From: an uncultured Chloroflexia bacterium
GTDB taxonomy: Bacteria; Chloroflexota; Limnocylindria; QHBO01
DNA: 64,000 nt
Assembly (NCBI GenBank): GCA_963770875.1
Contig: CAVYRE010000005.1
Span: 391,542-455,541 of the forward strand
Direction: 5' to 3'
The notes beneath the pieces were generated by a model. That model was not told the origin of the DNA, did not search any database, and saw only the letters and a program-made list of their open reading frames with translations. Numbering within the stretch: the first letter of the stretch is position 1; the number at the start of each line of letters is the position of its first letter. The position numbers and the translations under genes are program-made. Below, one piece after another: positions 11,101 through 20,038 of the stretch.

Positions 11101-11692
11101 AGGCCCCAAGCGTCACGGCGGCCTCTCCGGTGAGCACGCCGGCCCGCGCGCTGAGCTTCGCGCCGTCCCGGCCAAGGCGTCCCACGGCGTCGACGAGCTC
11201 GAGCGCCGCACGGACGGCGCGCTCCGCATCATCCTCGTACGAGACCGGCGTGCCCCACACCGCCATGACGGCGTCGCCGATGAACTTCTCGACCGTCCCG
11301 CCATACCGGGTGATGATCTCCTGGGCGACGCCGAAGTACTCCGTCAGCTGCTCACGCACGGCCTCGGCATCGCGGGACTCGGACATCGCCGTGAAGCCGA
11401 CCAGGTCGGCGAAGAGGATGGAGACGAGCTTCCGTTCGGCGACGGTGCTCGCGGCCGCCTCGATGGCCGGCGCCACGGCGACTGCGGGCTGGATGGTCGG
11501 GGCCACGGCGACCGCCGCCTGCGCCGGGGCAATCCCTCCCTGGAGCGCGAAGCCGCACTCGGGGCAGAACTTGGGGCTCCCCTCGTACGGGGTCGAGCAG
11601 GACGGGCAGGTCTGCTGAAGACGGGTGCCGCATTCGGCGCAGAACTTCTGCGTTGGGCTGGCGGCGGCGACGCCACAGGACGGGCACAGCAT
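8162..11692 (-). CDS. Double zinc ribbon + class III adenylate/guanylate cyclase + AAA ATPase + TPR-like protein (several frameshifts)
   Basis: CPSC/CAEC ribbons, LFADLVGFT, KFIGDAVMAVWG, VNTASRLQ, GQAGIGKSRL, FEDLHWAD; continues in ORF pieces 8875-9897, 8835-9206, 7309-8859. Confidence 0.85.
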
Positions 11693-11806
11693 TGGGCCGA
11701 CAGAATAGCCGCAGTCACCGGGACCTGACTAGAGTGGTCTGAGGCTCTTGTTTGGTGGGTTGTCTCAACGCCGCGGGCAATGGAGCCGGGTCGTTGAAGG
11801 GAGCGC

Positions 11807-12157
11807 GTGATGAAGGCGGTCCTCCTCGGCGGGACTCTCGCAATCCTGCTCGCGGCGTGCGGCGCGTCGCCCACTCCGACTCTCCCGACCCTCTCCGAGG
11901 ACAACCCGCCCTGCGCCGGGGTGGGCACCGAGGCAACCCTCGCGGGGAGTCACACCGACCCTCGGCTGGCATGGATGGTTGACTCCCAGGGAGGACGACA
12001 CGACATCGTCTGGCCGCGAGGATTCACCGCGCGCTTCGACCCCGATCTTGCCGTGCTCGACGCGTCCGGGAAGGTGGTCTACCGGGCAGGCGACAAGATC
12101 GACGGCTTCTGTGTCAGGGGCGAAGGTAGGCCGGTACTCATCCTGCCGCCGAGGTAA
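11807..12157 (+). CDS. Small lipoprotein, unknown function
   Basis: Signal peptide with lipobox LLAA-C, GGGAG RBS, IVWPRGFTAR segment. Confidence 0.7.
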   Translation: MMKAVLLGGTLAILLAACGASPTPTLPTLSEDNPPCAGVGTEATLAGSHTDPRLAWMVDSQGGRHDIVWPRGFTARFDPDLAVLDASGKVVYRAGDKIDGFCVRGEGRPVLILPPR

Positions 12158-12163
12158 TCAGCG

Positions 12164-13198
12164 CTACCCTCCGATGTAGCTCATCTCCACCTTCGGCAGC
12201 ATCACCGTCTCGGCGGATCGGAGCTCGGAGTAGCGGTCCTCCCGCAGCTCCCAGATGCGGCGCAGCGTCGCCTCCAGGTCGGCGTCCGATGCGCCACTCC
12301 GGAGTTGCCCACGAAGGTCATGCCCGGTCGTCGCGAAGAGGCAGGTGTAGAGCTGCCCGTCGGCGGAGAGGCGGGCGCGCGAGCAGTCGCCACAGAAGGG
12401 GCGGCTGACCGAGGCGATGATCCCGATCTCTCCCGACCCGTCCGCGTAGCGGTAGCGCTCCGCCACCTCGCCGGGGTGCGTGGGCGCCATCGGTTCGAGC
12501 GGGAACTCCGAGGAAAGCGTCTCGAGGATCTCGTCGGCGGTGATCACCTCGTCCAGGCGCCAGCCATTCGAGTGCCCGACGTCCATGTACTCGATGAAGC
12601 GCAGGATGCGGCCGGTTCCGCGGAAGCGGCGCGCCATCGGCAGCAGCGCGTGCTCGTTCCAGCCGCGCTTCACGACCATGTTCAGCTTGATCGGGCCGAG
12701 CCCGGCGGCCTCCGCCGCCTCGATCCCGGCCAGCACCCGCGAGACCGGCACGCCGGCATCGTTCATGCGCATGAAGGTCGCGTCGTCATCGGCGTCGAGG
12801 CTGATCGTGACCCGATGCAGGCCCGCCACCTGGAGCGCCTCGGCCTGCTCAGGCGAGCAGCACGCCGTTGGTCGTGAGGGTCAGGTCGCGCACGCCGGGG
12901 ATCGGCGGCGAGCATCGCGACCAGGGTCGGCAGCTCGCGGCGGACGAGCGGCTCGCCACCGGTGAGGCGTACCTTCTCGACGCCCAGGCCCGTGAAGGTC
13001 CGCGACCAGGCGCGCGATCTCCTCGAAGGTGAGCAGCTCGGCGCGCGGCAGGAAGGCGTGGTCGCGGCCGAAGACGGCGCGCGGCATGCAGTACACGCAG
13101 CGGAAGTTGCAGCGGTCGGTGACGCTGATGCGCAGGTCGTGGAGCGGCCGGCCGCGCGTGTCGCGCGGCAGCATTGGTAGCGGGAGTGGCTCGGACAT
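12164..13198 (-). CDS. moaA: GTP 3',8-cyclase MoaA (frameshifted near 12850-13000)
   Basis: [16 protein letters not shown] radical SAM motif, [27 protein letters not shown]-terminal MSYIGG. Confidence 0.93.
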
Positions 13199-13255
13199 CC
13201 GGGGAGATGCTGACAGCGGGAGCGCCCCTTGCCAACTCCGGGCGCCTGCGCTCAT

Positions 13256-14063
13256 TCAGCGCACGACGCAGGCGTTGGCGTAGTAGATCGGGATGTCGAG
13301 CGCCGCGTGGAGTGCGATCGGCAGGAGCAGCGAACCGGTGCGGAGTGAGAGGACGCCGAGCGCAAGGCCGGTGGCGGCGGTCGCGGCCATCACCGGCAAG
13401 GGAGAGCCGGTGAACGCGCCGCCGACGCCGTGCGCGAGGCCGAACGCGACCGCCTGCACGACCAGCGCGAGCACCGGACCACGTGACCCCATGATCCAGC
13501 GGAGCAGCGCTCCACGGTACGCGACCTCTTCCATGGTCGCGTTGGCGACCGCGAAGAGGAGGGCCGGGACGATTGCGAGCAGGTTCCCCATTTCGACCGG
13601 GAGCGGCCCGAAGAATGGCGCCGCGATGATCGGGCCGATGACCGTGGCGAGGATCCCCACGCCCGCCAGTGCGCCGATCGCGACGGCCAGCTGCCATGAG
13701 GGACGGCCTCCGCAATCCGATCTCGCCGGCATTCGACCGAATGCGACGCGCGACCAGGGCCGCGGCAAGCACCACGAGCAGCGCTCCGGCGGCTCGATAG
13801 AGCGCGAACGGTGACAGCGGGGTCGCGCAGCTGCCGCCGTCCAGCGCCTCCCGCGGCAGGGCAACGCCGCTCCACACCATCGCCAGCATGGCCACCAGGC
13901 AGGCGCCGAGAACACCAACCGTGACCCTCCACGGTGGCGCGATGCCGCGCTCGTTCCAGCTCGTCACGATGAATGCGGCAAGGAGCGCGACGAGGGCGGG
14001 CAGTCGCAGCGGTTCGACGCCGGCTGCGGCCAGCAACAGGACGATCGGTAGCCAGGTGATCAC
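13256..14063 (-). CDS. CPBP (CAAX/Abi) family intramembrane glutamic protease (frameshift near 13700)
   Basis: EEVAYRG, FGLAH, PIALHAALD; multiple TM segments. Confidence 0.85.
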
Positions 14064-14076
14064 GGCCCGGCCGCGG

Positions 14077-14739
14077 TCACGGAGGCGTCAGCGCAGCGAG
14101 GGTCTCCGGCAGCGCGGCCAGGTCGAGCAGCTCGCCGGCGCGCGGCAGCTCGCTCCGCTCGCCGAGGCGGTTGATCCAGACGCAGCGCAGCCCCAGCTGC
14201 GCGCACGGCTCGACGTCGTGGAAGAGGGAGGCGGCGACGTGGACATGGCGCTCGGGATCGGCACCGGTCTGGTCAAAGAACGCCTTCCAGTGCCGATGGG
14301 CCGGCTTGTAGGACCCGACCTCGGAGGCGACGATCAGCACGTCGACCGGCACGCCGATCGCGCGCAGCGAGGCGTCGAGCAGGTCCACGTCCGTGTTCGA
14401 CAGGACGGCGAGCCGCCAGCCGTCATTTCGGAGCGCGCGCAGCGAGGCGGGGACCTCGCGGAAGACGGGCCAACCCGGCAGCGACGTGCCCAGCGCGTCT
14501 TCCTCGCCCGGCGGGACGGCCAGGCCCGCGGTCTGTGCCATGTAGGCGAGCGTCTCGGCCATCACCGTGCGGTAGGGGATCCCGCGTCCCGCCTGGACCG
14601 CCGGCTCGAGCTGGTGGTAGAGGGTGAGCAGCGCGGCCGTGTCGGCGTCAGGCCAGAGGCGAGCGAGCGCGTCTCGGATCCCGGCCATCCAGTCGACCAG
14701 CGTGCCGTAGCAGTCGAAGGTCGCCCATCGGTCGCGCAT
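14077..14739 (-). CDS. HAD family hydrolase (haloacid dehalogenase type II-like)
   Basis: FDCYGTLVDW, LSNTD, YKP, HVAASLFHD. Confidence 0.88.
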   Translation of the reverse strand: MRDRWATFDCYGTLVDWMAGIRDALARLWPDADTAALLTLYHQLEPAVQAGRGIPYRTVMAETLAYMAQTAGLAVPPGEEDALGTSLPGWPVFREVPASLRALRNDGWRLAVLSNTDVDLLDASLRAIGVPVDVLIVASEVGSYKPAHRHWKAFFDQTGADPERHVHVAASLFHDVEPCAQLGLRCVWINRLGERSELPRAGELLDLAALPETLAALTPP

Positions 14740-14769
14740 CGGGCGAGTCTATGAGCCGCGCATGGCAGC

Positions 14770-16158
14770 ATGTGCCCGATGACGGAGCAGCTGCTCGACG
14801 CCCTGCGCGCTGCGGTCGGGCCGGCCCATGTCCTGGCCGATGCCGACCTGCGCGCGACCTACGAGACCGATTGGACGGGACGCTGGCGCGGCGAGGCGCT
14901 GGCCGTCGTCCGGCCGGCGTCCACCGACCAGGTGGCGGCCGTGCTGCGCGCATGCGCCGCGGCGGGCGCATCCGTCATCCCGCAGGGCGGCAACACCGGG
15001 CTGGTCGGCGGCTCGGTGCCGCGAGCCGAGTCCCGCCGTCCGCAGGTCGTGGTCTCGACGCTACGCCTGCGCGACCTGGAGCCGGTCGACGCGGTGGCGG
15101 GGGAGGTGACGGTCGGCGCCGGGGTGACGCTCGGGGCGCTGCAGGCCCACGTGCGCGCCGCCGGGTTCGGGTTCGGGGTCGACCTGGGGGCGAGGGACTC
15201 GGCCACCATCGGCGGCATGATCGCCACCAACGCGGGCGGGATCCACGTGCTGCGTCACGGGCCGATGCGCGCCCAGCTGTTGGGGATCGAGGCGGTGCTG
15301 GCCGACGGCAGCGTGGTGCGACGACTGCCCGGGATGGTGAAGGACAACACCGGCTACCACCTCCCCTCGCTGCTGGCCGGGAGCGAGGGGACCCTGGCGA
15401 TCGTCACCCGCGCGCACCTGCGCCTCGTGCCGCTCGCAGCGCGACGGGCGGTGGCGCTGGTGGCCCTCGCCACCACCGCGGACGCGGTCGCCCTGGCCGG
15501 GCGGCTCCGACGGGCGCTCTCCTCGCTCGCCGCCGCGGAGCTCTTCTTCGAGGCGGGGCTCGAGCTGGTCCTCCGCCACGGCGGTGGTGAGCGCCCGTTC
15601 CTCGAGCGCCATCCGGTGTACCTGCTCCTCGAGGCGGAGGGTGACGCAGACCCCACCGACGAGCTTGCCGCTGCCATCGCATCCGCGACCAGCGTCGCCG
15701 ATGCCGTGATCGCGTCCGACGAGGCCGGCCGCGAGCGGCTGTGGCGCCTCCGCGAACGGCACACCGAGGCGATCAACGCGGAGGGCATCCCCCACAAGCT
15801 GGACGTTGCCGTGCCCCTCGCGCGCCTCGCCGAGTTCGTCGATCGGGCGAGTCGGGCGGTCGAGGCGACGAGCCCCGGAGCGCGCGCGTACGTCTACGGG
15901 CACATCTGCGAGGGGAACCTGCACCTGGGGATCATCGGTCCAGGTCCGGAGGACGAGGCGGTCGACGACGCCGTGCTCGGGCTCGTCGTCGAGATGGGCG
16001 GCACGACCAGCGCCGAGCACGGCGTCGGGATCGCCAAGGTCGGCTGGCTCGAGGCGGACCGGGGAGCCGCCGACGTCGCCGCGATGCGGGCCATCAAGGC
16101 GGCCCTCGACCCTGGCACGCTGCTCAACCCCGGGGTCATCTTCGCCGCACCCGAATGA
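14770..16158 (+). CDS. FAD-linked oxidase, D-2-hydroxyacid dehydrogenase/GlcD-like
   Basis: PQGGNTGLVGG, IGGMIATNAGG, KDNTGY, GSEGTL, SAEHGVG, LNPG. Confidence 0.9.
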   Translation: MCPMTEQLLDALRAAVGPAHVLADADLRATYETDWTGRWRGEALAVVRPASTDQVAAVLRACAAAGASVIPQGGNTGLVGGSVPRAESRRPQVVVSTLRLRDLEPVDAVAGEVTVGAGVTLGALQAHVRAAGFGFGVDLGARDSATIGGMIATNAGGIHVLRHGPMRAQLLGIEAVLADGSVVRRLPGMVKDNTGYHLPSLLAGSEGTLAIVTRAHLRLVPLAARRAVALVALATTADAVALAGRLRRALSSLAAAELFFEAGLELVLRHGGGERPFLERHPVYLLLEAEGDADPTDELAAAIASATSVADAVIASDEAGRERLWRLRERHTEAINAEGIPHKLDVAVPLARLAEFVDRASRAVEATSPGARAYVYGHICEGNLHLGIIGPGPEDEAVDDAVLGLVVEMGGTTSAEHGVGIAKVGWLEADRGAADVAAMRAIKAALDPGTLLNPGVIFAAPE

Positions 16159-16218
16159 GGTGCGGCGCGCCGCGCTATGCTCGGCGCCCACCGCACACAA
16201 GCGTCAGAGGAGTGTCAG

Positions 16219-16467
16219 ATGGGCAAGTTCATGGACGTCCACAGCGGGTTCTACGGCACCACCCAGGAGCAGCTGAGCGCAGCGCACCAGGGTGACCTCG
16301 CGATCCAGGCCGAGGAGGGCGTCAGCTTCGAGCACGCCTGGCTCGACCCGGTCAGCGGCAAGGCCTTCTGCATCTCGACCGCCCCGTCCAAGGAGGCCGT
16401 GCAGCGCATCCACGCGCGCAACGGGATCCCGACCGAGGAGATCTACGAGATCCAGAGCGAGGCCTAG
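16219..16467 (+). CDS. SCO4226/DUF4242-like small metal-binding protein
   Basis: MGKFMDVH...AHQGDLAIQAEEGVSF...AFC..APSKEAVQRIH; GAGGAG RBS. Confidence 0.8.
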   Translation: MGKFMDVHSGFYGTTQEQLSAAHQGDLAIQAEEGVSFEHAWLDPVSGKAFCISTAPSKEAVQRIHARNGIPTEEIYEIQSEA

Positions 16468-16485
16468 GGACCGGGAGTTCCCCGG

Positions 16486-17850
16486 CTAGGGGCCGCGTCT
16501 GGGCTTGTTGACGGCGTCGGCGAAGAGCAGGCCCATCACGCGGGCCACCGTCGGGAAGGCGTGGATCGTGTCGGCCAGGACGGTGAGCGGGGTCTGGAGC
16601 TTCACCGCCAGCACCGCCTCGTGGATCGCCTCGCTGGCGCCAGGCCCCGCGATGAAGGCGCCGACGAGCGTCCCGGCACCGCGGTCGACGACGATGCTGA
16701 CGTGCCCCTCCGCCTCGGCGGCGTAGCCCTTGGCGCTGGTGGCGAGGTCGGCGGTCAGCTCCTCCGCGGCGAGTCCCGCCTTGAGCGCCTCCTCCAGCAA
16801 GAGCCCCACCGAGCCGGTCTCCGGATCGGTGTAGACGGCGCGCGGGATGGCTCGGTAGTCCGGCGTGACGTCCTCGCCGAGGGCGATGCGCGCCGCCATC
16901 TCGCCCTGGTAGTGGCTGACGTGGGTGTGCATCTCCGGCCCGGCGGGGTCGCCCGCCACGAAGACGTTCGGCGCGATCCGCAGCTGGCGGTCGGGCTTGA
17001 GGCGCCCGTCGGAGACATCAAGGCCGATGCTCTCCAGGCCGAGCCCGTCGAGCGGCAGGCTGCGACCGATCGCCAGCAGGACGGCCGCGCCCTCCACGCT
17101 CGTGCCGTCGTCGAGGTCGAACCGATGGCGCCCCCCGGCGCCGGCGCCGGCGTGCGCCGCCACCGCCCGGCCCCCGGTGCGGATGACGACGCCGTCCCGC
17201 TCGAGCGCCGCCGCGACGACGGCCGATGAGCGGACATGGTCGCGAGGCAGGATCCGCGCGCCCGGCACGACCAGGGTGACCGGCACCCCATAGCGGGCGT
17301 ACACCTGCGCCAGCTCGGTGCCGGTCGGCCCCGCTCCCAGGATCAGGAGGCTCTCCGGCAGCTCCCGGGCGGAGGTGGCCTCGCGGTTCGTCCAGAACGG
17401 CACCTCGGCGAGGCCGGGCATGTCGGGCACCTTGCTCGTCGAGCCGACCGCCACGATCACCGCCCCGGCCTCCAGCAGGTGCTCGACGTCGTCGTGGCGC
17501 ACCACCACCCGGCCGGGGCCGTCGAGGCGGGCGGTACCCCGCATCGGCACCGCGCCGGCGGCTTGAAGGTCGGCGAAGTGGTGGGAGTCGTCGGGGTAGT
17601 CGGTCCCCTGGCGGCTGATCATGTAGTCGCGCCGGGCCGAGGCCTTTGGCCAGTCGTAGTCGCCGCCCGCGGCGTGGACCGCGGCCGAGTGGAGCAGCGA
17701 CTTGGAGGGCATGCACGCGAAGAAGGGACAGGCGCCGCCGAAGAGGTCGCGATCGACGACGGCCACCGACGCGCCCCGGAGGCGGCCCATGTTGGCGGCG
17801 GCCTCGCCGGCCGGTCCGGCGCCGATGATCACGAGGTCGAAGCGGTCCAT
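16486..17850 (-). CDS. Pyridine nucleotide-disulfide oxidoreductase (Lpd/MerA family)
   Basis: IIGAGPAG, GGACPFFACMPSK redox-active disulfide, HAFPT; GGAGG RBS. Confidence 0.9.
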   Translation of the reverse strand: MDRFDLVIIGAGPAGEAAANMGRLRGASVAVVDRDLFGGACPFFACMPSKSLLHSAAVHAAGGDYDWPKASARRDYMISRQGTDYPDDSHHFADLQAAGAVPMRGTARLDGPGRVVVRHDDVEHLLEAGAVIVAVGSTSKVPDMPGLAEVPFWTNREATSARELPESLLILGAGPTGTELAQVYARYGVPVTLVVPGARILPRDHVRSSAVVAAALERDGVVIRTGGRAVAAHAGAGAGGRHRFDLDDGTSVEGAAVLLAIGRSLPLDGLGLESIGLDVSDGRLKPDRQLRIAPNVFVAGDPAGPEMHTHVSHYQGEMAARIALGEDVTPDYRAIPRAVYTDPETGSVGLLLEEALKAGLAAEELTADLATSAKGYAAEAEGHVSIVVDRGAGTLVGAFIAGPGASEAIHEAVLAVKLQTPLTVLADTIHAFPTVARVMGLLFADAVNKPRRGP

Positions 17851-19028
17851 CACACCTCCACCCCGCCGATCCAGGTTCGGATCGGTCGCACCCCGCCAAG
17901 GTGGAGGGCAAACGCTCCCTCGTGCTCTGCATCCCACGCGACCAGGTCCGCATCTGCCCCGGCCTGGATGCGCCCTCGGTGGCCGGTGAGCCCAAGGGCA
18001 GCCGCGCCACCCGCGGTTGCCGCCGTGACCGCCTCGCCGACGCTCATGCCGAGCAGCGTCGAGCCGAGGCCGATCACCAGCGGCATCGCTCCCCAGGCGC
18101 CGAACGTCCCGGCGTTGGCGTCGCTCGCCAGCGCCACGGTGGCCCCGGCGTCGAGGAGGGCGCGTGCCGGGGGGAGACCTCCCCGCATCACGACCGCGGG
18201 GCCGGGGAGCAGGGTCGCGACGGTGCGGGACGCCGCCAGCGCCGCCACGCCGGCGGGGTCGAGCTGCTCAAGGTGGTCGGCGCTCACCGCCCCGAGCCGG
18301 ACCGCGAGCTCCGCCCCTCCCGAGCGCGTCAGCTGGTCGGCATGCAGCCGGACGCCCAGGCCGAGCTTCGAGGCCGCGCGCAGGATTCGCTCGGTGGCGG
18401 CCGGAGAGAAGAAGCCCGCCTCGCAGAAGACGTCACAGAACTCGGCGAGGCCCGCGGCCGCCACCGCGGGGAGCATCTCGGCTGCGACGGTCGCGGCGTA
18501 CTCGTCCATCGAGCCGGCCTCGGGCGGTACGGCGTGCGCGCCGAGGAAGGTGCGCACGACGCGGATCGGGAGCTGCGCCGCCGCCTCGCCGATGAGCCGC
18601 AGCGCGCGCAGCTCCTCCGCGGTCGAGAGTCCGTACCCCGACTTGCACTCGATCGTGGTCGTGCCCCCGGCCAGCGAGGCGCGCAGGCGGGAGCGGATCG
18701 CGTCGCACAGCTCGTCGTCGGACGCCGCGCGGGTGGCCGCCACGGTGCGCAGGATCCCCCCGCCGGTGTACGGCGCCCCGGCGAGGCGGGCCGCGGCCTC
18801 GTCGGATCGGTCGCCCACGAACGCCGGATGGGTGTGGGCGTCGACCAGCCCGGGGGTGACGAGCGCGGCACCAACGTCCAGCGCCTCGCCCGGCGGTGCG
18901 GCGGACCGCGCGCCGACCCACGCGAACCGGCCGTCGTGAATGGCAATTGCCCACGGCAGCGGCCCGTCGTAGGGCTCCGGCAGGAGGAGCCGGCCATTGC
19001 CGGTGAGGAGGAGCGCGTCGTCCGACAT
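17850..19028 (-). CDS. hutI: Imidazolonepropionase
   Basis: PGLVDAHTH, GGGILRTV, ECKSGYGL, FLGAH, DVFCE, LHADQL, SADHLE. Confidence 0.88.
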   Translation of the reverse strand: MSDDALLLTGNGRLLLPEPYDGPLPWAIAIHDGRFAWVGARSAAPPGEALDVGAALVTPGLVDAHTHPAFVGDRSDEAAARLAGAPYTGGGILRTVAATRAASDDELCDAIRSRLRASLAGGTTTIECKSGYGLSTAEELRALRLIGEAAAQLPIRVVRTFLGAHAVPPEAGSMDEYAATVAAEMLPAVAAAGLAEFCDVFCEAGFFSPAATERILRAASKLGLGVRLHADQLTRSGGAELAVRLGAVSADHLEQLDPAGVAALAASRTVATLLPGPAVVMRGGLPPARALLDAGATVALASDANAGTFGAWGAMPLVIGLGSTLLGMSVGEAVTAATAGGAAALGLTGHRGRIQAGADADLVAWDAEHEGAFALHLGGVRPIRTWIGGVEV

Positions 19029-19046
19029 CGGTCCAACCATAGCCCG

Positions 19047-19979
19047 CTAGCCGATCTCCGGCTCGGCCACCGGGACGCGCCGCGGCTCGCCGCGAAGGCG
19101 GAGCGTGGCCAGCAGCAGCCCGACCAGGATCGTGGCGGCACCCAGCAGCTGGACGCCGCTCGGCGCCTCGCCCAGGATCAGCATCGCCAGGATCACCGAG
19201 GCGACCGGCTGGAGGGTCAGGATCACGCTGGTCAGCGCCGCCGGCAGCCGCGGCAGCGAGACGCTGATGATCAGCCAGCCGACCACCTGCGAGGTGAGGG
19301 CCAGGAGCAGCAGCCAGGCGTGGGCCGGCAGCTTCGGCACCAGGTCCACCTCGCCGAGCGGCAGGCCGATCGCCAGCGAGGCGAGCGCGCCGACCAGGGT
19401 CGCGTCGAAGAGCGGCCCGGCCGGGCGCCGCAGGTCGGCGTTGCCGTGGCGCAGGACGAGCAGGAACGCGGCATAGACGACGCCGACCACGAGGCCCAGC
19501 AGCACGCCGAGGACCGGGTCCCTGCCGTAGGCGCCGGTGCCGACCACGCCGGAGATCAGCACCACTCCGCCCAGGACCACCGGCAGCGCCAGCAGGGTCC
19601 GCAGCGGCGGCCGTTCGCCCAGGAAGAGCCACGCCAGGAAGGCGACGATCACCACCTGCGTGTTGCCCAGGACGGTGGCGAGGCCGGCGCCGACCAGGCC
19701 GATGGTGTGGTGCCAGATCACCAGGTCGAGCGCCAGGAAGATACCGGCCAGCATCGCCAGCCGAACCTGCGCCGCGGGTCGCGGGCCGTAGGCGCGTCGC
19801 TCGAGCAGCGCGATCACGCCGAGCGCCGGCAGCGCGTAGGCGCAGCGGAAGATGGCCGCGGTCGCAGGCTCCACGTTGGCGAGCCGGACCAGGACCCCGG
19901 AGAAGGCGATCGACATGGCGCCGAGCATCGCCGTCATCACCGGCCGGCCGGCGAGGAAGCTGAAGAGCGACACGTTCAT
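19047..19979 (-). CDS. DMT/EamA family transporter
   Basis: About 10 TM helices in two repeats, LFLGERP and LILGEAP. Confidence 0.85.
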   Translation of the reverse strand: MNVSLFSFLAGRPVMTAMLGAMSIAFSGVLVRLANVEPATAAIFRCAYALPALGVIALLERRAYGPRPAAQVRLAMLAGIFLALDLVIWHHTIGLVGAGLATVLGNTQVVIVAFLAWLFLGERPPLRTLLALPVVLGGVVLISGVVGTGAYGRDPVLGVLLGLVVGVVYAAFLLVLRHGNADLRRPAGPLFDATLVGALASLAIGLPLGEVDLVPKLPAHAWLLLLALTSQVVGWLIISVSLPRLPAALTSVILTLQPVASVILAMLILGEAPSGVQLLGAATILVGLLLATLRLRGEPRRVPVAEPEIG

Positions 19980-20038
19980 CGTCGCGCAGGGTAGCCGAGC
20001 GGCTTGCCCTCGGCCGATCGGCCGACCACACTGCGCGC

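Noticed and set aside
12164-13198. Programmed frameshifting or true pseudogenes in moaA and other broken genes
   Set aside because: No consistent slippery sites, and core genes such as asd are hit; sequencing error is more parsimonious
16486-17850. Mercuric reductase / mer operon
   Set aside because: No C-terminal Cys-Cys pair and no merR/T/P neighbours
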